Positions 1 through 9,565 are shown, counted from the stretch's first letter. The stretch is DNA of 42,638 bases from Candidatus Woesearchaeota archaeon (GCA_964472575.1 CAYYLH010000001.1:1-42638), one strand, 5' to 3'. The notes: generated from the letters alone by a model not told the origin. Program-made: numbers and translations.

Positions 1-107
1 CATTAACAAAGTTGCAAATAGATCCAAAAGTAATAGTAGGAGCTATCATTGCATTTGTTTTAATAGAAATCGCATTTCATGCTAATATTTTTTAAGAGGT
101 TTTTACA

Positions 108-434
108 ATGTTTCCAGGAATGAATAGTAGGCAAGCAAAACAAATGATGAGGAGAATGGGTATCAAACAAGAAGAATTAGATGCTACTCAAGTCATAATA
201 AAATTACAAGATAAAGAATTAGTAATAAATGAACCTTCAGTGTCTAAAGTTAATATGCAAGGACAAGAAACATTTCAAATCACAGGAGAATCAAGAGAAG
301 AATCAAGACAAGCTTATTCTGAAGACGATGTTAAAATGGTTATAGAAAAAACAAACAAACCAGCAGATGCAGTAAGAGAAGCATTAGAAAAATCTAATGG
401 AGATATTGCAGAAGCAATTCTTGAATTACAATAG
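108..434 (+). CDS. nac: Nascent polypeptide-associated complex protein (archaeal NAC)
   Basis: ATG ORF. Basic N-terminus MMRRMGI, NAC barrel segment VIIKLQDKELVINEPSVSKVNMQGQETFQITGE, and C-terminal UBA-like helices DDVKMVIEKTNKPADAVREALEKSNGDIAEAILEL. Confidence 0.85.
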   Translation: MFPGMNSRQAKQMMRRMGIKQEELDATQVIIKLQDKELVINEPSVSKVNMQGQETFQITGESREESRQAYSEDDVKMVIEKTNKPADAVREALEKSNGDIAEAILELQ

Positions 435-465
435 TTCTATTACAAATTACAATAGTTCTATTACA
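425..465 (+). repeat. 21-bp tandem duplication (attacaatagttctattaca at 425-444 and 446-465) spanning the NAC stop codon
   Basis: Two identical 20-nt copies read directly from the sequence; TAG at 432-434 lies inside copy 1. Confidence 0.9.
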
Positions 466-500
466 ATAATCTATTTAAACTAATTAACCTAAATTATTTT

Positions 501-860
501 ATGACAAGTTTAGATTGGACAAAATGTATTAATGTGGACTTTTCAAGAATTAATCCAACAAAAGCAGATGCTGCTTATATGTTAAAATATAAACATAAAA
601 TAAGAGATATTCGTGCTCAAAGAGGAATTGTAACTCAAGATAAGGTTGACGAAAAAAGAATAAAAATTAATAGAGAATTCGCACAAAGATGTATTCATTC
701 ACTAGGTGATAGCTTTCTAGAGAAAACAGAATCACTAATGAAAAGAACATATCAATCAGCAATGTTCTGGTTACAAGATAAGCATCCAGAAGCATACAAC
801 CCATTTGTACAAAGAGGGCTAGCACCAGACCCTTACAATTTAACATTAAAAAGCTCTTAA
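501..860 (+). CDS. Hypothetical protein
   Basis: ATG ORF of 119 aa with A-rich coding-strand composition like its neighbours. No motif recognised. Confidence 0.5.
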   Translation: MTSLDWTKCINVDFSRINPTKADAAYMLKYKHKIRDIRAQRGIVTQDKVDEKRIKINREFAQRCIHSLGDSFLEKTESLMKRTYQSAMFWLQDKHPEAYNPFVQRGLAPDPYNLTLKSS

Positions 861-919
861 ATATAATATAACTATTCAACAATATAAATCATTAAAAACA
901 TCTAAAGAATTCTAATTAT

Positions 920-1249
920 ATGAAAGATAACCCTATAGATAAATACCTAATCGCATATCAATCAGGACTAGACACTAATGAAGTAGAAATACCTTATAAA
1001 GAAGTACATAATAAAAGACCAAATGCAAAAACACTAGAACAACTAGGCCTTGAAAATGTAACACTAGATGAATTTATAGTAGCACAAAAAGTATTTCAAC
1101 AAGCAGAACAAGATGACTATCCAAAACAAAAAGGATATGAAAGATATGTCGGAACAACTCCTGGTTCAATCAAATATGTTTTAATTGATAAAGACCCAAA
1201 AACAGGAAAAATACAAAAAACAAAAGGAAGAGCTAATCTTAACCAATAA
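920..1249 (+). CDS. Hypothetical protein
   Basis: ATG ORF of 109 aa. No motif recognised. Confidence 0.5.
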   Translation: MKDNPIDKYLIAYQSGLDTNEVEIPYKEVHNKRPNAKTLEQLGLENVTLDEFIVAQKVFQQAEQDDYPKQKGYERYVGTTPGSIKYVLIDKDPKTGKIQKTKGRANLNQ

Positions 1250-1279
1250 CTAAAAATACTTCTTTCACTTTATAAAATT

Positions 1280-1729
1280 ATGACCTACTTAAAAATGCAT
1301 CAACTAGAACTTGAAAAAGCACAATCACACCTAAAAATAGCAGACCACATGACTTATGTTACATTTCCCTTACTAAACAATAATAGACTGCTAATAAAAA
1401 TACTAATAGAAATATCAAAAGCAGTAGAATCAACAATTAAATCACTACTCTACTACCTAGCATATCAAAAACAAATAAAACTCTATAAAACCCCAGAAAA
1501 AAACCTAGAAACATTCAAATCAATCTCACCACTAACAACAGAACAAACACTACAAATTCTTCACATCCTACATTTAGAAAAAAAACACAAAGAATCAAAA
1601 CTAGAATTTGTAAAAAATAACAAATTTGTAATAATGATAAATGATAAATATGAAACACTAACTCTTGACTTAATAAAAAAATACCTTAATACAACAAAAA
1701 TACTAATAAATCAAATAAAAACAAACTAA
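1280..1729 (+). CDS. Hypothetical helical protein, paralog of the 1796..2239 product
   Basis: ATG ORF. N-terminal segment KIADHMTYVTFPLL resembles SADHLMYVSLKYTK in the next ORF. Confidence 0.5.
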   Translation: MTYLKMHQLELEKAQSHLKIADHMTYVTFPLLNNNRLLIKILIEISKAVESTIKSLLYYLAYQKQIKLYKTPEKNLETFKSISPLTTEQTLQILHILHLEKKHKESKLEFVKNNKFVIMINDKYETLTLDLIKKYLNTTKILINQIKTN

Positions 1730-1795
1730 GAAAAAGTATAAAAACCCTAATTTCCTTAGAATAGTTCCCCTCATAAATTATATTATAGGACTTTT

Positions 1796-2239
1796 ATGAT
1801 ACAAGAAATTATTAAGGAAAAAACCAGTGCAGACCATCTAATGTATGTAAGTTTAAAATATACAAAAACGTGTGATGTAATTTTAAATCTCATAGAAAGA
1901 TGGAGAAGTATGATTGATATTAGTTTTGACGCTTTAATAGAAAAAGCAGTAAAAGAAAAAAAACTACCCCATCTTCCAGAAAGCCCAAAACAAAAAATAG
2001 AATTTATGAAAAAGATTTCTAAAAAAATGCCTGCTACTGAGGAAACAATTCCAGTATACATCTTCTTTAGAAGAATTCCAGGACTAGAAAAAGAACGAGA
2101 AGGAGAGTTTAGAAAAAACGTATGCCTAAGAATCATAGAACCTAATAAATCTACAGACATAAACATGGATAAGCTTAAAGAATACACAGATCTACTCGAA
2201 AGATTTATAAGTGAAGTTAAGCATTCTCTTTCTAAGTGA
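1796..2239 (+). CDS. Hypothetical helical protein, paralog of the 1280..1729 product
   Basis: ATG ORF. Shares the ADH(L/M)xYV N-terminal motif with the previous ORF. Its stop overlaps the GTG preceding the MinD-like gene. Confidence 0.55.
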   Translation: MIQEIIKEKTSADHLMYVSLKYTKTCDVILNLIERWRSMIDISFDALIEKAVKEKKLPHLPESPKQKIEFMKKISKKMPATEETIPVYIFFRRIPGLEKEREGEFRKNVCLRIIEPNKSTDINMDKLKEYTDLLERFISEVKHSLSK

Positions 2240-2241
2240 AA

Positions 2242-3006
2242 ATGGCAAGAAGCATTGTAATTATATCTGGTAAAGGTGGTGTTGGTAAAACAACAACAGC
2301 AATCAACCTAGGAGCTACACTAAACAAACTAAAAAAAGAAGTGATTATTGTAGACGCTAATCTTAATACACCTAATATAGGAGTACATCTAGGAGCTCCA
2401 ATTGTTCCAATAACACTAAATCATGTTTTAAAAGGTAAAGCAGATGTAGAAGAAGCAATCTATGAACACTCATCTGGAACAAAAATAGTACCTTCATCTT
2501 TATCAGTAAAAGAACTTACTAAATTCAACTCTAAAAAACTACCAGAACTAGCTAAACAACTAAAAACAATGGCAGATTTTGTAATATTTGATTCTGCAGC
2601 AGGTTTTGGAGAAGAAGCAATAGAAGTAATTAATGCAGCAGATGAAATAATCATAATCACAAATCCTGAAATGCCAGCAGTTACAGATGCTTTAAAAGCA
2701 GTTAAAGTAGCTAAAAATATGGGCAAAGAAGTAAAAGGAGTAATTGTAACAAGACATAAAGGAGCTAAGTATGAAATGCCCTTATCTTCTATAAAATCAA
2801 TGCTAGAAGCTCCTATAATCGGTGTAATACCTGAGGATGATAAAGTAAAAAAAGCACTTACAAAAAGAGATGCTTTAGTACATACCTATCCAAATTCAAA
2901 ATCTTCAAGAAAATATCATGAAATAGCAGGAAAAGTAATAGGACTATCTGACAAAGAAATCAGAGCACTTAACAAAGGATTTTTCTCGAGATTATTTAGA
3001 TTTTAA
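2242..3006 (+). CDS. MinD/ParA-family P-loop ATPase
   Basis: Deviant Walker A GKGGVGKTT close to the N-terminus and a MinD-like layout (IIVDANL, FDSAAG). The track start at 2236 is GTG; the ATG at 2242 gives MARSIVIISGKGGVGKTT. Confidence 0.9.
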   Translation: MARSIVIISGKGGVGKTTTAINLGATLNKLKKEVIIVDANLNTPNIGVHLGAPIVPITLNHVLKGKADVEEAIYEHSSGTKIVPSSLSVKELTKFNSKKLPELAKQLKTMADFVIFDSAAGFGEEAIEVINAADEIIIITNPEMPAVTDALKAVKVAKNMGKEVKGVIVTRHKGAKYEMPLSSIKSMLEAPIIGVIPEDDKVKKALTKRDALVHTYPNSKSSRKYHEIAGKVIGLSDKEIRALNKGFFSRLFRF

Positions 3007-3030
3007 TTTTTTCTAATTTCAATTAATCAA

Positions 3031-3267
3031 CTAACCAACAACACTACCACTATCAATATCAGAATCAACACTAAGAAAACTATCTCTTGCAAAAGGAATA
3101 ACAATTCCATCTCCTAATAACCCTACAACAATCTTATCTCCATCACTAATCTCCAAATCAATATCTAATTCAAACTTCTTTCCATCAATATCAATATTCC
3201 CATTTTTCATCTCACCAACTACTAAATTTAACTTAGCAAAATCATCAAATTCTATTTCATTCTTCAT
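3031..3267 (-). CDS. Small tRNA-binding-domain-like (Trbp111/CsaA-like) protein, truncated or diverged
   Basis: N-terminus IEFDDFAKLNLVVGEMKN parallels FSDWEKLDLRVAEIVKV in the C-terminal tRNA-binding domain of the MetRS two genes upstream. ATGA start/stop overlap with the preceding gene. Confidence 0.4.
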   Translation of the reverse strand: MKNEIEFDDFAKLNLVVGEMKNGNIDIDGKKFELDIDLEISDGDKIVVGLLGDGIVIPFARDSFLSVDSDIDSGSVVG

Positions 3268-3854
3268 TTTTTATAAATTCCTTTAATCATCATTCTAATT
3301 TCATCAGCAACCATTGAAATAATATCTTCTAACTTCAATATTGCTATAGGATTTATACTAATTTTATTATTTATTAATCTTTGTTTTATTTTAATTCCCT
3401 TACTAAACAAGATAGCTTTAATCTTAGAATTCAAATCATACTTCTCCAAATACCTAGCATCCTTACAAATAATTAATCCTAACTGCAATTCAGAATTTCT
3501 TAAAGCAGAACTAAATAAATCAATATCTTCAGAACCAAGAAGTTTATACTTAATCTGTAATCCTAAATCCACACTACCTACTAAATCTAAATTAATCTTT
3601 ATAATTCCATCAATTCCAAAATCTCTTGTATTTTTTGTTTTAATAAATTCAAATCCTTTATACTCTAAAAAATCAAAAATAATTTTTTCAAAATAAAAAC
3701 CTCTTTTCATAACAAGTTGATTATTAATCAGTTTAAAAATAAAATCTCCTACAAACTCTTTAATCCTAATTAAATCAAACATAATGCTCTCTTTATCTAA
3801 AACTTCGTCTTCAATTTGATAAAAAATATTATCTTTTAAATTCAATTTCAACAC
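3264..3854 (-). CDS. Mrr-cat-type restriction endonuclease-like protein
   Basis: FDFLEYKGFEFIKTKNTRDFGIDGIIK...LGLQIKYK fits the Mrr catalytic-core pattern (D-G-I-D ... Q-x-K). The track start at 3854 is GTG and overlaps metG; an ATG alternative lies at 3782. Confidence 0.6.
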   Translation of the reverse strand: MLKLNLKDNIFYQIEDEVLDKESIMFDLIRIKEFVGDFIFKLINNQLVMKRGFYFEKIIFDFLEYKGFEFIKTKNTRDFGIDGIIKINLDLVGSVDLGLQIKYKLLGSEDIDLFSSALRNSELQLGLIICKDARYLEKYDLNSKIKAILFSKGIKIKQRLINNKISINPIAILKLEDIISMVADEIRMMIKGIYKK

Positions 3855-5691
3855 CTGAATTCACATCTTTAAAAGGGCAAAGCAACACAACCTTTTTTCT
3901 ATCCTCACTAGAAGCAGCTAATAACATTCCTTCACTTAAAATTCCTTTTAACTTTCTAGGTTTAAGATTAGCAATAATAATTATCTTTTTACCTTCTAAT
4001 TTATCCTTAGAATAAAACTCCTTAATACCAGCACAAATAACTCTTTTACCTAACTCACCAACATCTAAACTAAGCTTATACAACTTATCAGCTCCTTTAA
4101 TCTCATCTACCTTCACAATCTCAGCTACTCTTAAATCTAACTTTTCCCAATCTGAAAAATCAACACTTGCTACTCCATCCATAATCTCCTTAACCTCTGG
4201 TTGTTTATTAATATTATTCTTCTTCTTACCATCATTCATATCATTACAATTACTACCTACACTATCATTCATCTCAACCTTTTTAAAAAACACTCCTGAC
4301 TTCTTAACACTTCCTTTTATCTGCTTTCCAAGAATATCTAAATCAATCTTCCATTTAAAATGCTTACAAATCTTTTCAATACTCTTAGGAATAAAAGGAT
4401 AAAGTAAAATACTAACAGCTCGTAGATTATATAATAATTCATATAATACTTTTTTATCTCCTGTCTCCCATGGCTTTTTATCTTGTACAAACTCATTCAA
4501 TCTATCAATAAATAAAAATATCTCATTCAAAGCCTTATCAATTTCAAAATTTTTAAAATACTTTTCAACATCTTTAATCAGTTTAACAGGAGTAATACCT
4601 AACTTAGATTTTTCAATTCCATTCTTTTCAGCTAAAGCACTAACCCTTGAAATCAAATTCCCATACTTATTAGCTAGCTCATTATTATATCTATCAACTA
4701 AAATAGATTCAGAATAATCAGAATCATCAAATACAGAACATCTTAGTAATGAATATCTAACAGCATCACTTCCATAACTATCAATCAATTCAACAGGGTC
4801 AATAACATTACCTATTGATTTAGAAATCTTTCCACCATCTAAAGTTAAATAACCATGAACCAATAACTTCTTAGGAAGTTCAATTCCAGCAGACATTAAA
4901 ATAGCAGGCCAAATAACAGAATGAAACCAATTAATACCCTTACCAATAACATGAACATCAGCAGGCCAGTAATCTTTCTTTTCTTGTTTACTTCCTGTTA
5001 AATAATTTACAAGAGCATCAAACCAAACATAAATCTTAAACTTCTTATCAATAGGACAATCAATACCCCAATCTAAATTAGAACGAGCAACACATAAATC
5101 CCTTAACCCTTGTTCTTTTAATCTAGATAAAATCTCATTCTTCTTACTACTAGGCACAACATACTTCTCAATATACTTTACTAATTTATCTTTATACTTA
5201 CTTAACTTAAAAAAATAAGAATCTTCTGAAATCTTTTTAGGTTCTTTATTATGCTCAGGACACTTTCCATCTTTTAAATCCTTTTCAGTTAAAAATGCTT
5301 CACAACCCTGACAATACAAACCCTCATACTTTCCTTTGTAAATATCTCCTTTATCATAAACTAACTTAAAAATTTCTTGTGCTTTTTTAACATGTCTTTT
5401 CTCACTAGTCTTAATAAAATCATCATAACTAATATCTAACTTATCACATAATTTAATAAATAATTTAGAATTAGTATCTACAAACTTCTGAACATCTATA
5501 CCTTTTTCACTAGCTACTTGTGCATTCTTCTGTGCATTCTCATCCGTTCCTGTTAAATACAAAACATCTTCTTTCTTTAGCCTATGCCATCTAGCTAAAG
5601 CATCAGCTAAAACCTTTTCAAATGCATGACCTATATGAGGCTTTGCATTTACATAATCTATTGCAGTTGTAATATAAAATTTATTTGCCAT
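3829..5691 (-). CDS. metG: Methionyl-tRNA synthetase with C-terminal tRNA-binding domain
   Basis: HIGH motif (AKPHIGHAF), KMSKS-like KISKSIGN, Zn knuckle CQGCEAF...CPEH, and a C-terminal EMAP/Trbp111-like domain (LDLRVAEIVKVDEIKGADKLYKLSLDVG). Confidence 0.95.
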   Translation of the reverse strand: MANKFYITTAIDYVNAKPHIGHAFEKVLADALARWHRLKKEDVLYLTGTDENAQKNAQVASEKGIDVQKFVDTNSKLFIKLCDKLDISYDDFIKTSEKRHVKKAQEIFKLVYDKGDIYKGKYEGLYCQGCEAFLTEKDLKDGKCPEHNKEPKKISEDSYFFKLSKYKDKLVKYIEKYVVPSSKKNEILSRLKEQGLRDLCVARSNLDWGIDCPIDKKFKIYVWFDALVNYLTGSKQEKKDYWPADVHVIGKGINWFHSVIWPAILMSAGIELPKKLLVHGYLTLDGGKISKSIGNVIDPVELIDSYGSDAVRYSLLRCSVFDDSDYSESILVDRYNNELANKYGNLISRVSALAEKNGIEKSKLGITPVKLIKDVEKYFKNFEIDKALNEIFLFIDRLNEFVQDKKPWETGDKKVLYELLYNLRAVSILLYPFIPKSIEKICKHFKWKIDLDILGKQIKGSVKKSGVFFKKVEMNDSVGSNCNDMNDGKKKNNINKQPEVKEIMDGVASVDFSDWEKLDLRVAEIVKVDEIKGADKLYKLSLDVGELGKRVICAGIKEFYSKDKLEGKKIIIIANLKPRKLKGILSEGMLLAASSEDRKKVVLLCPFKDVNSGVEIEFKR

Positions 5692-5720
5692 AAAAGTTTA
5701 AAGAAAATAACTATAAAAAA

Positions 5721-6065
5721 CTAATCATTACCCAACTTCTTCTCAACATAAGCCACCAGCCCATCTTTTCCAGTTCTCTCTCTTGGGTATAATCTTGAAT
5801 CTCTCTTTATCTTCCCATCATAACAATTTCTTAATCTTTCTTCACTAACCATTTCATAAGTATCAAACATGACCAATCTATAATCCAACCCTTTTTCTTT
5901 TTTATCAACAGAATCAAAATTATCACTAGGTGCAAACTCTTCTAAGATAGATTGTTGAAGTTTATTAATCATTCTTCTATCAGGATTATCAATTACAACA
6001 AAAACCTGAGATACTTGCTCTATTGGGTCTGAAACAACATTCCATAATAATTTAGGCTTTCCCAT
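5721..6065 (-). CDS. Hypothetical protein
   Basis: The track start at 6134 is TTG and leaves no promoter space before the divergent gene at 6147. The first ATG, at 6065 (MGKPKLLWNVV), is preferred. Confidence 0.4.
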   Translation of the reverse strand: MGKPKLLWNVVSDPIEQVSQVFVVIDNPDRRMINKLQQSILEEFAPSDNFDSVDKKEKGLDYRLVMFDTYEMVSEERLRNCYDGKIKRDSRLYPRERTGKDGLVAYVEKKLGND

Positions 6066-6146
6066 AAACAACAAACACAAAAAACATTTAAAAAGATTTA
6101 CACAAAAAAACACTACCTTTTTATAATAACACAACTATAAAAAACC

Positions 6147-7592
6147 ATGAAAAAAGAGGGTAAGAAAAACCTAGATAACTCTCCACTAGGTAAGATAGTT
6201 CCAGAAACACATCCAGGAATTCAAAAGAAAATAGATAAATCTCTAAATCTAAGTATCAAAGAAGCAGGAACCTCGTCTCTGATGACTGGTTTTGGAATAA
6301 ACTATCTAAATCCTTATGCGCTTGCTTTAAATGCAACCTCTTCTCAAATAGGAATTCTTTATGCTATAATGTCTTTAGTTCCAGCACTAGTTCAACTAAA
6401 AGCTTCAAGACTAATAGAAAAATTCTCAAGAAAAAAAACAGTAATCTATGGTGTACTCCTCCAAACACTAATGCTTATACCCATCATCCTAACATCTTAT
6501 CTATTCATAATAGGTTATGAATACACTATCTGGATACTAATAACATTCATAGGTTTATTTTATGCATTTGGTGCTTTATCAGGTCCTGCCTGGTTTTCAT
6601 GGATGGGCTCTTTAGTTCCAGAAGATAAAAGAGGAATATATTTTTCTAAAAGAAATAAAATAGCAGGAACAGTAACTCTAATAGCAACAATCTCAGCAGC
6701 ACTAATAATTGAATATTTTAGAGGTTTACAACAACTAACAATCTTTGGAATAACCCTAGAAGCCTTTATAATTGGTTTTGGAATACTATTTTTAATAGCT
6801 TTCTTAGGAAGATTTACCTCTTTCTTTTTATTTACAAAAAAATACGAACCAAGAATAAAAATAAGAAAAAAAGACTATTTTTCATTCTTCCAATTCCTAA
6901 AAAAAGCACCTGAAACCCCTTTTGGAAGATTCACAATCTATTCATTTTTTATGAGATTCTCAATAAGCATAGCAGCTCCTTTCTTTGTAGTCTATATGTT
7001 AAGAGACTTACAACTATCTTATATATGGTATATGATTATAACAGTATCAGGAATAATATTCCAACTAGTATTCTTATCACTTCTAGGAAAAGTATCAGAT
7101 AAATATGGAAATATAAAACTATTACAACTCTGTTCATTTACACTAATACTAACCCCTTTACTATGGCTTGTCTCTTCTAATACATACTATCTAGCACTAG
7201 TTCCAGCACTAACAGGAGGATTCTCATGGGCAGGATTCTTACTAGCTTCTAACAACTATATATATGACTCTGTAAGACAAGAAAAAAGAACCTATGGGAT
7301 AGCATACTACAACCTGCTAATAGGTATTGGATTATTCTTAGGAGCAAGCCTAGGTTCAATTCTAGTTACACTAAATATTTCCTTTATGAATAGCATCTTA
7401 TTTATCTTTGTAGCCTCTGCATTCTTAAGAATATTAGTATATGCAATTGGTTCACATAGATTAAGAGAAGTAAGACATGTAAAAAGATTTAGAACACAAT
7501 ATCTAATTAAAGAATTTCAACCAGCAAGAGGCCTTGTTAATGAAGTTCACAGACTAAACAGTTTTAAACAAAAAGTATTCCATTATATCTAG
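6147..7592 (+). CDS. MFS-type transporter
   Basis: 481 aa with about 12 hydrophobic segments in a 6+6 layout around a central basic loop (KKYEPRIKIRKKD). Confidence 0.75.
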   Translation: MKKEGKKNLDNSPLGKIVPETHPGIQKKIDKSLNLSIKEAGTSSLMTGFGINYLNPYALALNATSSQIGILYAIMSLVPALVQLKASRLIEKFSRKKTVIYGVLLQTLMLIPIILTSYLFIIGYEYTIWILITFIGLFYAFGALSGPAWFSWMGSLVPEDKRGIYFSKRNKIAGTVTLIATISAALIIEYFRGLQQLTIFGITLEAFIIGFGILFLIAFLGRFTSFFLFTKKYEPRIKIRKKDYFSFFQFLKKAPETPFGRFTIYSFFMRFSISIAAPFFVVYMLRDLQLSYIWYMIITVSGIIFQLVFLSLLGKVSDKYGNIKLLQLCSFTLILTPLLWLVSSNTYYLALVPALTGGFSWAGFLLASNNYIYDSVRQEKRTYGIAYYNLLIGIGLFLGASLGSILVTLNISFMNSILFIFVASAFLRILVYAIGSHRLREVRHVKRFRTQYLIKEFQPARGLVNEVHRLNSFKQKVFHYI

Positions 7593-7633
7593 TAACCACA
7601 AAACTTTAAAACCCTTATCAACATTTTAATACT

Positions 7634-8233
7634 ATGTTTAAAAAGAAGTGTCCTTCATGTGCAAAGAAGATAGAAAAAAAATATAATTTTTGTCCTTTTT
7701 GTGGACACTCATTTAAAGAGCAAAAGCAACAAGAAGATTATGGAATGCTTGGAACAGATGATTCTATAGAAAATGTAAAACAAGAAATTAAACTTCCTTT
7801 AGGACTTAATTCAATAATGAACTCTCTAATGAAACAAATACAAAAAGACCTAGGAGATATGTCTGGAAAAGGATTTAAAATAAAAATCTCAAGAGGAAAC
7901 CCTCAAATGAAAAAAATGCCTATTCAAACTAAAAAACCAAAACAAACAAAACAATACATTCCAAAAGAAGAACAAGAAAGAAGAAGCTCACTTCCTAGAA
8001 AAGAAGCAGAATCAAAAGTTAAAAGAATAGGAGATAGTATTATCTATGAAATCTCTACACCAGGAGTAAAATCAAAATCAGATGTAGCAATTAATAAACT
8101 AGAGGAAAGTATTGAGATAAGAGCATACTCAAAAGACAAATGCTATATAAAAACAATTCCTATGAAACTAGAAATAATTGAATACTTTGTTAAAGATAAT
8201 CAAGTAATTCTAGAACTTAAACAGGATTCATAA
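7634..8233 (+). CDS. Zinc-ribbon protein with Hsp20/alpha-crystallin-like C-terminal domain
   Basis: N-terminal CPSC...CPFCG ribbon. C-terminal beta-rich segment IYEISTPGVKSKSDVAINKLEESIEIRAY...VILELK resembles an ACD fold. Confidence 0.5.
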   Translation: MFKKKCPSCAKKIEKKYNFCPFCGHSFKEQKQQEDYGMLGTDDSIENVKQEIKLPLGLNSIMNSLMKQIQKDLGDMSGKGFKIKISRGNPQMKKMPIQTKKPKQTKQYIPKEEQERRSSLPRKEAESKVKRIGDSIIYEISTPGVKSKSDVAINKLEESIEIRAYSKDKCYIKTIPMKLEIIEYFVKDNQVILELKQDS

Positions 8234-8267
8234 ACCTTATAAACAAACTTTTTCTATACAATTCTAT

Positions 8268-8341
8268 GAGCCTGTAACGCAGTCAGGTAGCGTGCCACTC
8301 TGATAAGGTGGAAGTCCCAGGTTCAAATCCTGGCAGGCTCA
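8268..8341 (+). tRNA. tRNA-Ile (anticodon GAU)
   Basis: Manual cloverleaf: acceptor GAGCCTG/CAGGCTC, D stem ACGC/GCGT, anticodon stem CCACT/GGTGG with loop CTGATAA, T arm CCAGG-TTCAAAT-CCTGG, discriminator A. 74 nt, no encoded CCA. Confidence 0.9.
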
Positions 8342-8435
8342 CTCATAACATTTAAAAAGCAATTTTTATACAGATTATTATGGAAAAAATAAACAAAGGG
8401 AAGTTGAACTTCAAGAAACCGCAGGTGTCTTAAGA

Positions 8436-9008
8436 ATGGTAAAAGGAATATTTCACTATTTAAGGCAAGCATGGAAGAAACCAGATAGCAAGACCTTAAA
8501 ACAAAGAATGATTGAATGGAGAAAAGGAAACACACTAATTAAAGTAGATAAACCTCTAAGACTAGACAAAGCAAGAGCTCTAGGTTATAAAGCAAAAAAA
8601 GGAGTAATAACTGTAAGAGTAAGAATAAAAAGAGGAGGACACAAAAAGTCTAGACCTAACAAAGGAAGAAGGTCAAAAAGAATTACAATAAGAAAAAATC
8701 TAAGAATGAATTATAAAGAAATAGCAGAACAAAGAGTTGCTAGAAAATTCAAAAACTTAGAAGTATTAAATTCATACTGGATTGGTAAAGATGGTGTAAA
8801 TTATTTCGATGAAGTTATTTTAATCGACCAATCTAAAAAAGAAATTCAATCAGATAAAGAGTATTCAAAACTAATCAAGTCTCCTAAGAAAAGAGTATTT
8901 AGAGGACTAACATCTTCTGGTAAAAAAGCAAGAGGACATAGACATAGAAAGTCAAAAGTTCCTAAAGTATATCCAAGTCTAAGAGCTAATAAAAGAAAAG
9001 GAAACTAA
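8436..9008 (+). CDS. rpl15e: 50S ribosomal protein L15e
   Basis: YLRQAWKKP...EWRK...RLDKARALGYKAKKGVITVRVRIKRGGHKKSRPNKGRRSKR is the typical L15e signature. Confidence 0.95.
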   Translation: MVKGIFHYLRQAWKKPDSKTLKQRMIEWRKGNTLIKVDKPLRLDKARALGYKAKKGVITVRVRIKRGGHKKSRPNKGRRSKRITIRKNLRMNYKEIAEQRVARKFKNLEVLNSYWIGKDGVNYFDEVILIDQSKKEIQSDKEYSKLIKSPKKRVFRGLTSSGKKARGHRHRKSKVPKVYPSLRANKRKGN

Positions 9009-9009
9009 G

Positions 9010-9228
9010 ATGAAAAAGAGACTGTATAGAGCTCCTGAATCAGAATCAATGATTGGAGGAGTGTGTGCTGGTATTGCAAATTATTTTGATATAGACCCTA
9101 CTTTAATAAGATTATTATGGGTTTTAGTTACATTCTTTAGTTTTATAGGAACAGGAATAATTGTTTATATAATTGCATGGATTATAATTCCAAGAAAAAA
9201 TAATAAAAAAATTAAAAAGAAAAATTAA
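9010..9228 (+). CDS. PspC-domain membrane protein
   Basis: LYRAPESESMIGGVCAGIANYFDIDPTLIRLLWVL followed by a TM helix. Confidence 0.8.
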   Translation: MKKRLYRAPESESMIGGVCAGIANYFDIDPTLIRLLWVLVTFFSFIGTGIIVYIIAWIIIPRKNNKKIKKKN

Positions 9229-9235
9229 ATTCTAA

Positions 9236-9565
9236 TTACAAGTGTTGGCTAATCCATTGCTTAACATCTTCTTCTGTCTTAACACCAATAAACTCATCTA
9301 CTACCTTACCATCCTTAAATAACTTAACAGCAGGTATAGACATAATTCCATATTCACTTGCTTTTTCTTGGTTTTGCTCAACATTCAGTTTAGCAATTAC
9401 AACCTTGTCTTTCAATTCATCACTATTACCTACTTTTTCCATAATAGGCTTTAGCATTTGACACGGTCCACACCAAGAAGCCCAGAAATCTACTACTACA
9501 GGCATTTCTTTGCTTTTTTCTATAACTTCTTTTTCAAAGCCAGAGTCAGTTGTATCTATTTCCAT
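9236..9565 (-). CDS. trxA: Thioredoxin
   Basis: WCGPC active site in a thioredoxin-fold context (VVVDFWASWCGPCQMLKP). The track start at 9574 is TTG; the ATG at 9565 sits about 27 nt from the TTTATAAA box. Confidence 0.9.
   Translation of the reverse strand: MEIDTTDSGFEKEVIEKSKEMPVVVDFWASWCGPCQMLKPIMEKVGNSDELKDKVVIAKLNVEQNQEKASEYGIMSIPAVKLFKDGKVVDEFIGVKTEEDVKQWISQHL

Noticed and set aside
2236-2241. GTG start for the MinD-like gene, and similar GTG/TTG track starts at 3854, 6134, 9574, 26691 and 30905
   Set aside because: In each case a nearby in-frame ATG gives better spacing to promoters or neighbouring stops. ATG starts were adopted, except for the Mrr-like gene, where both options are stated.
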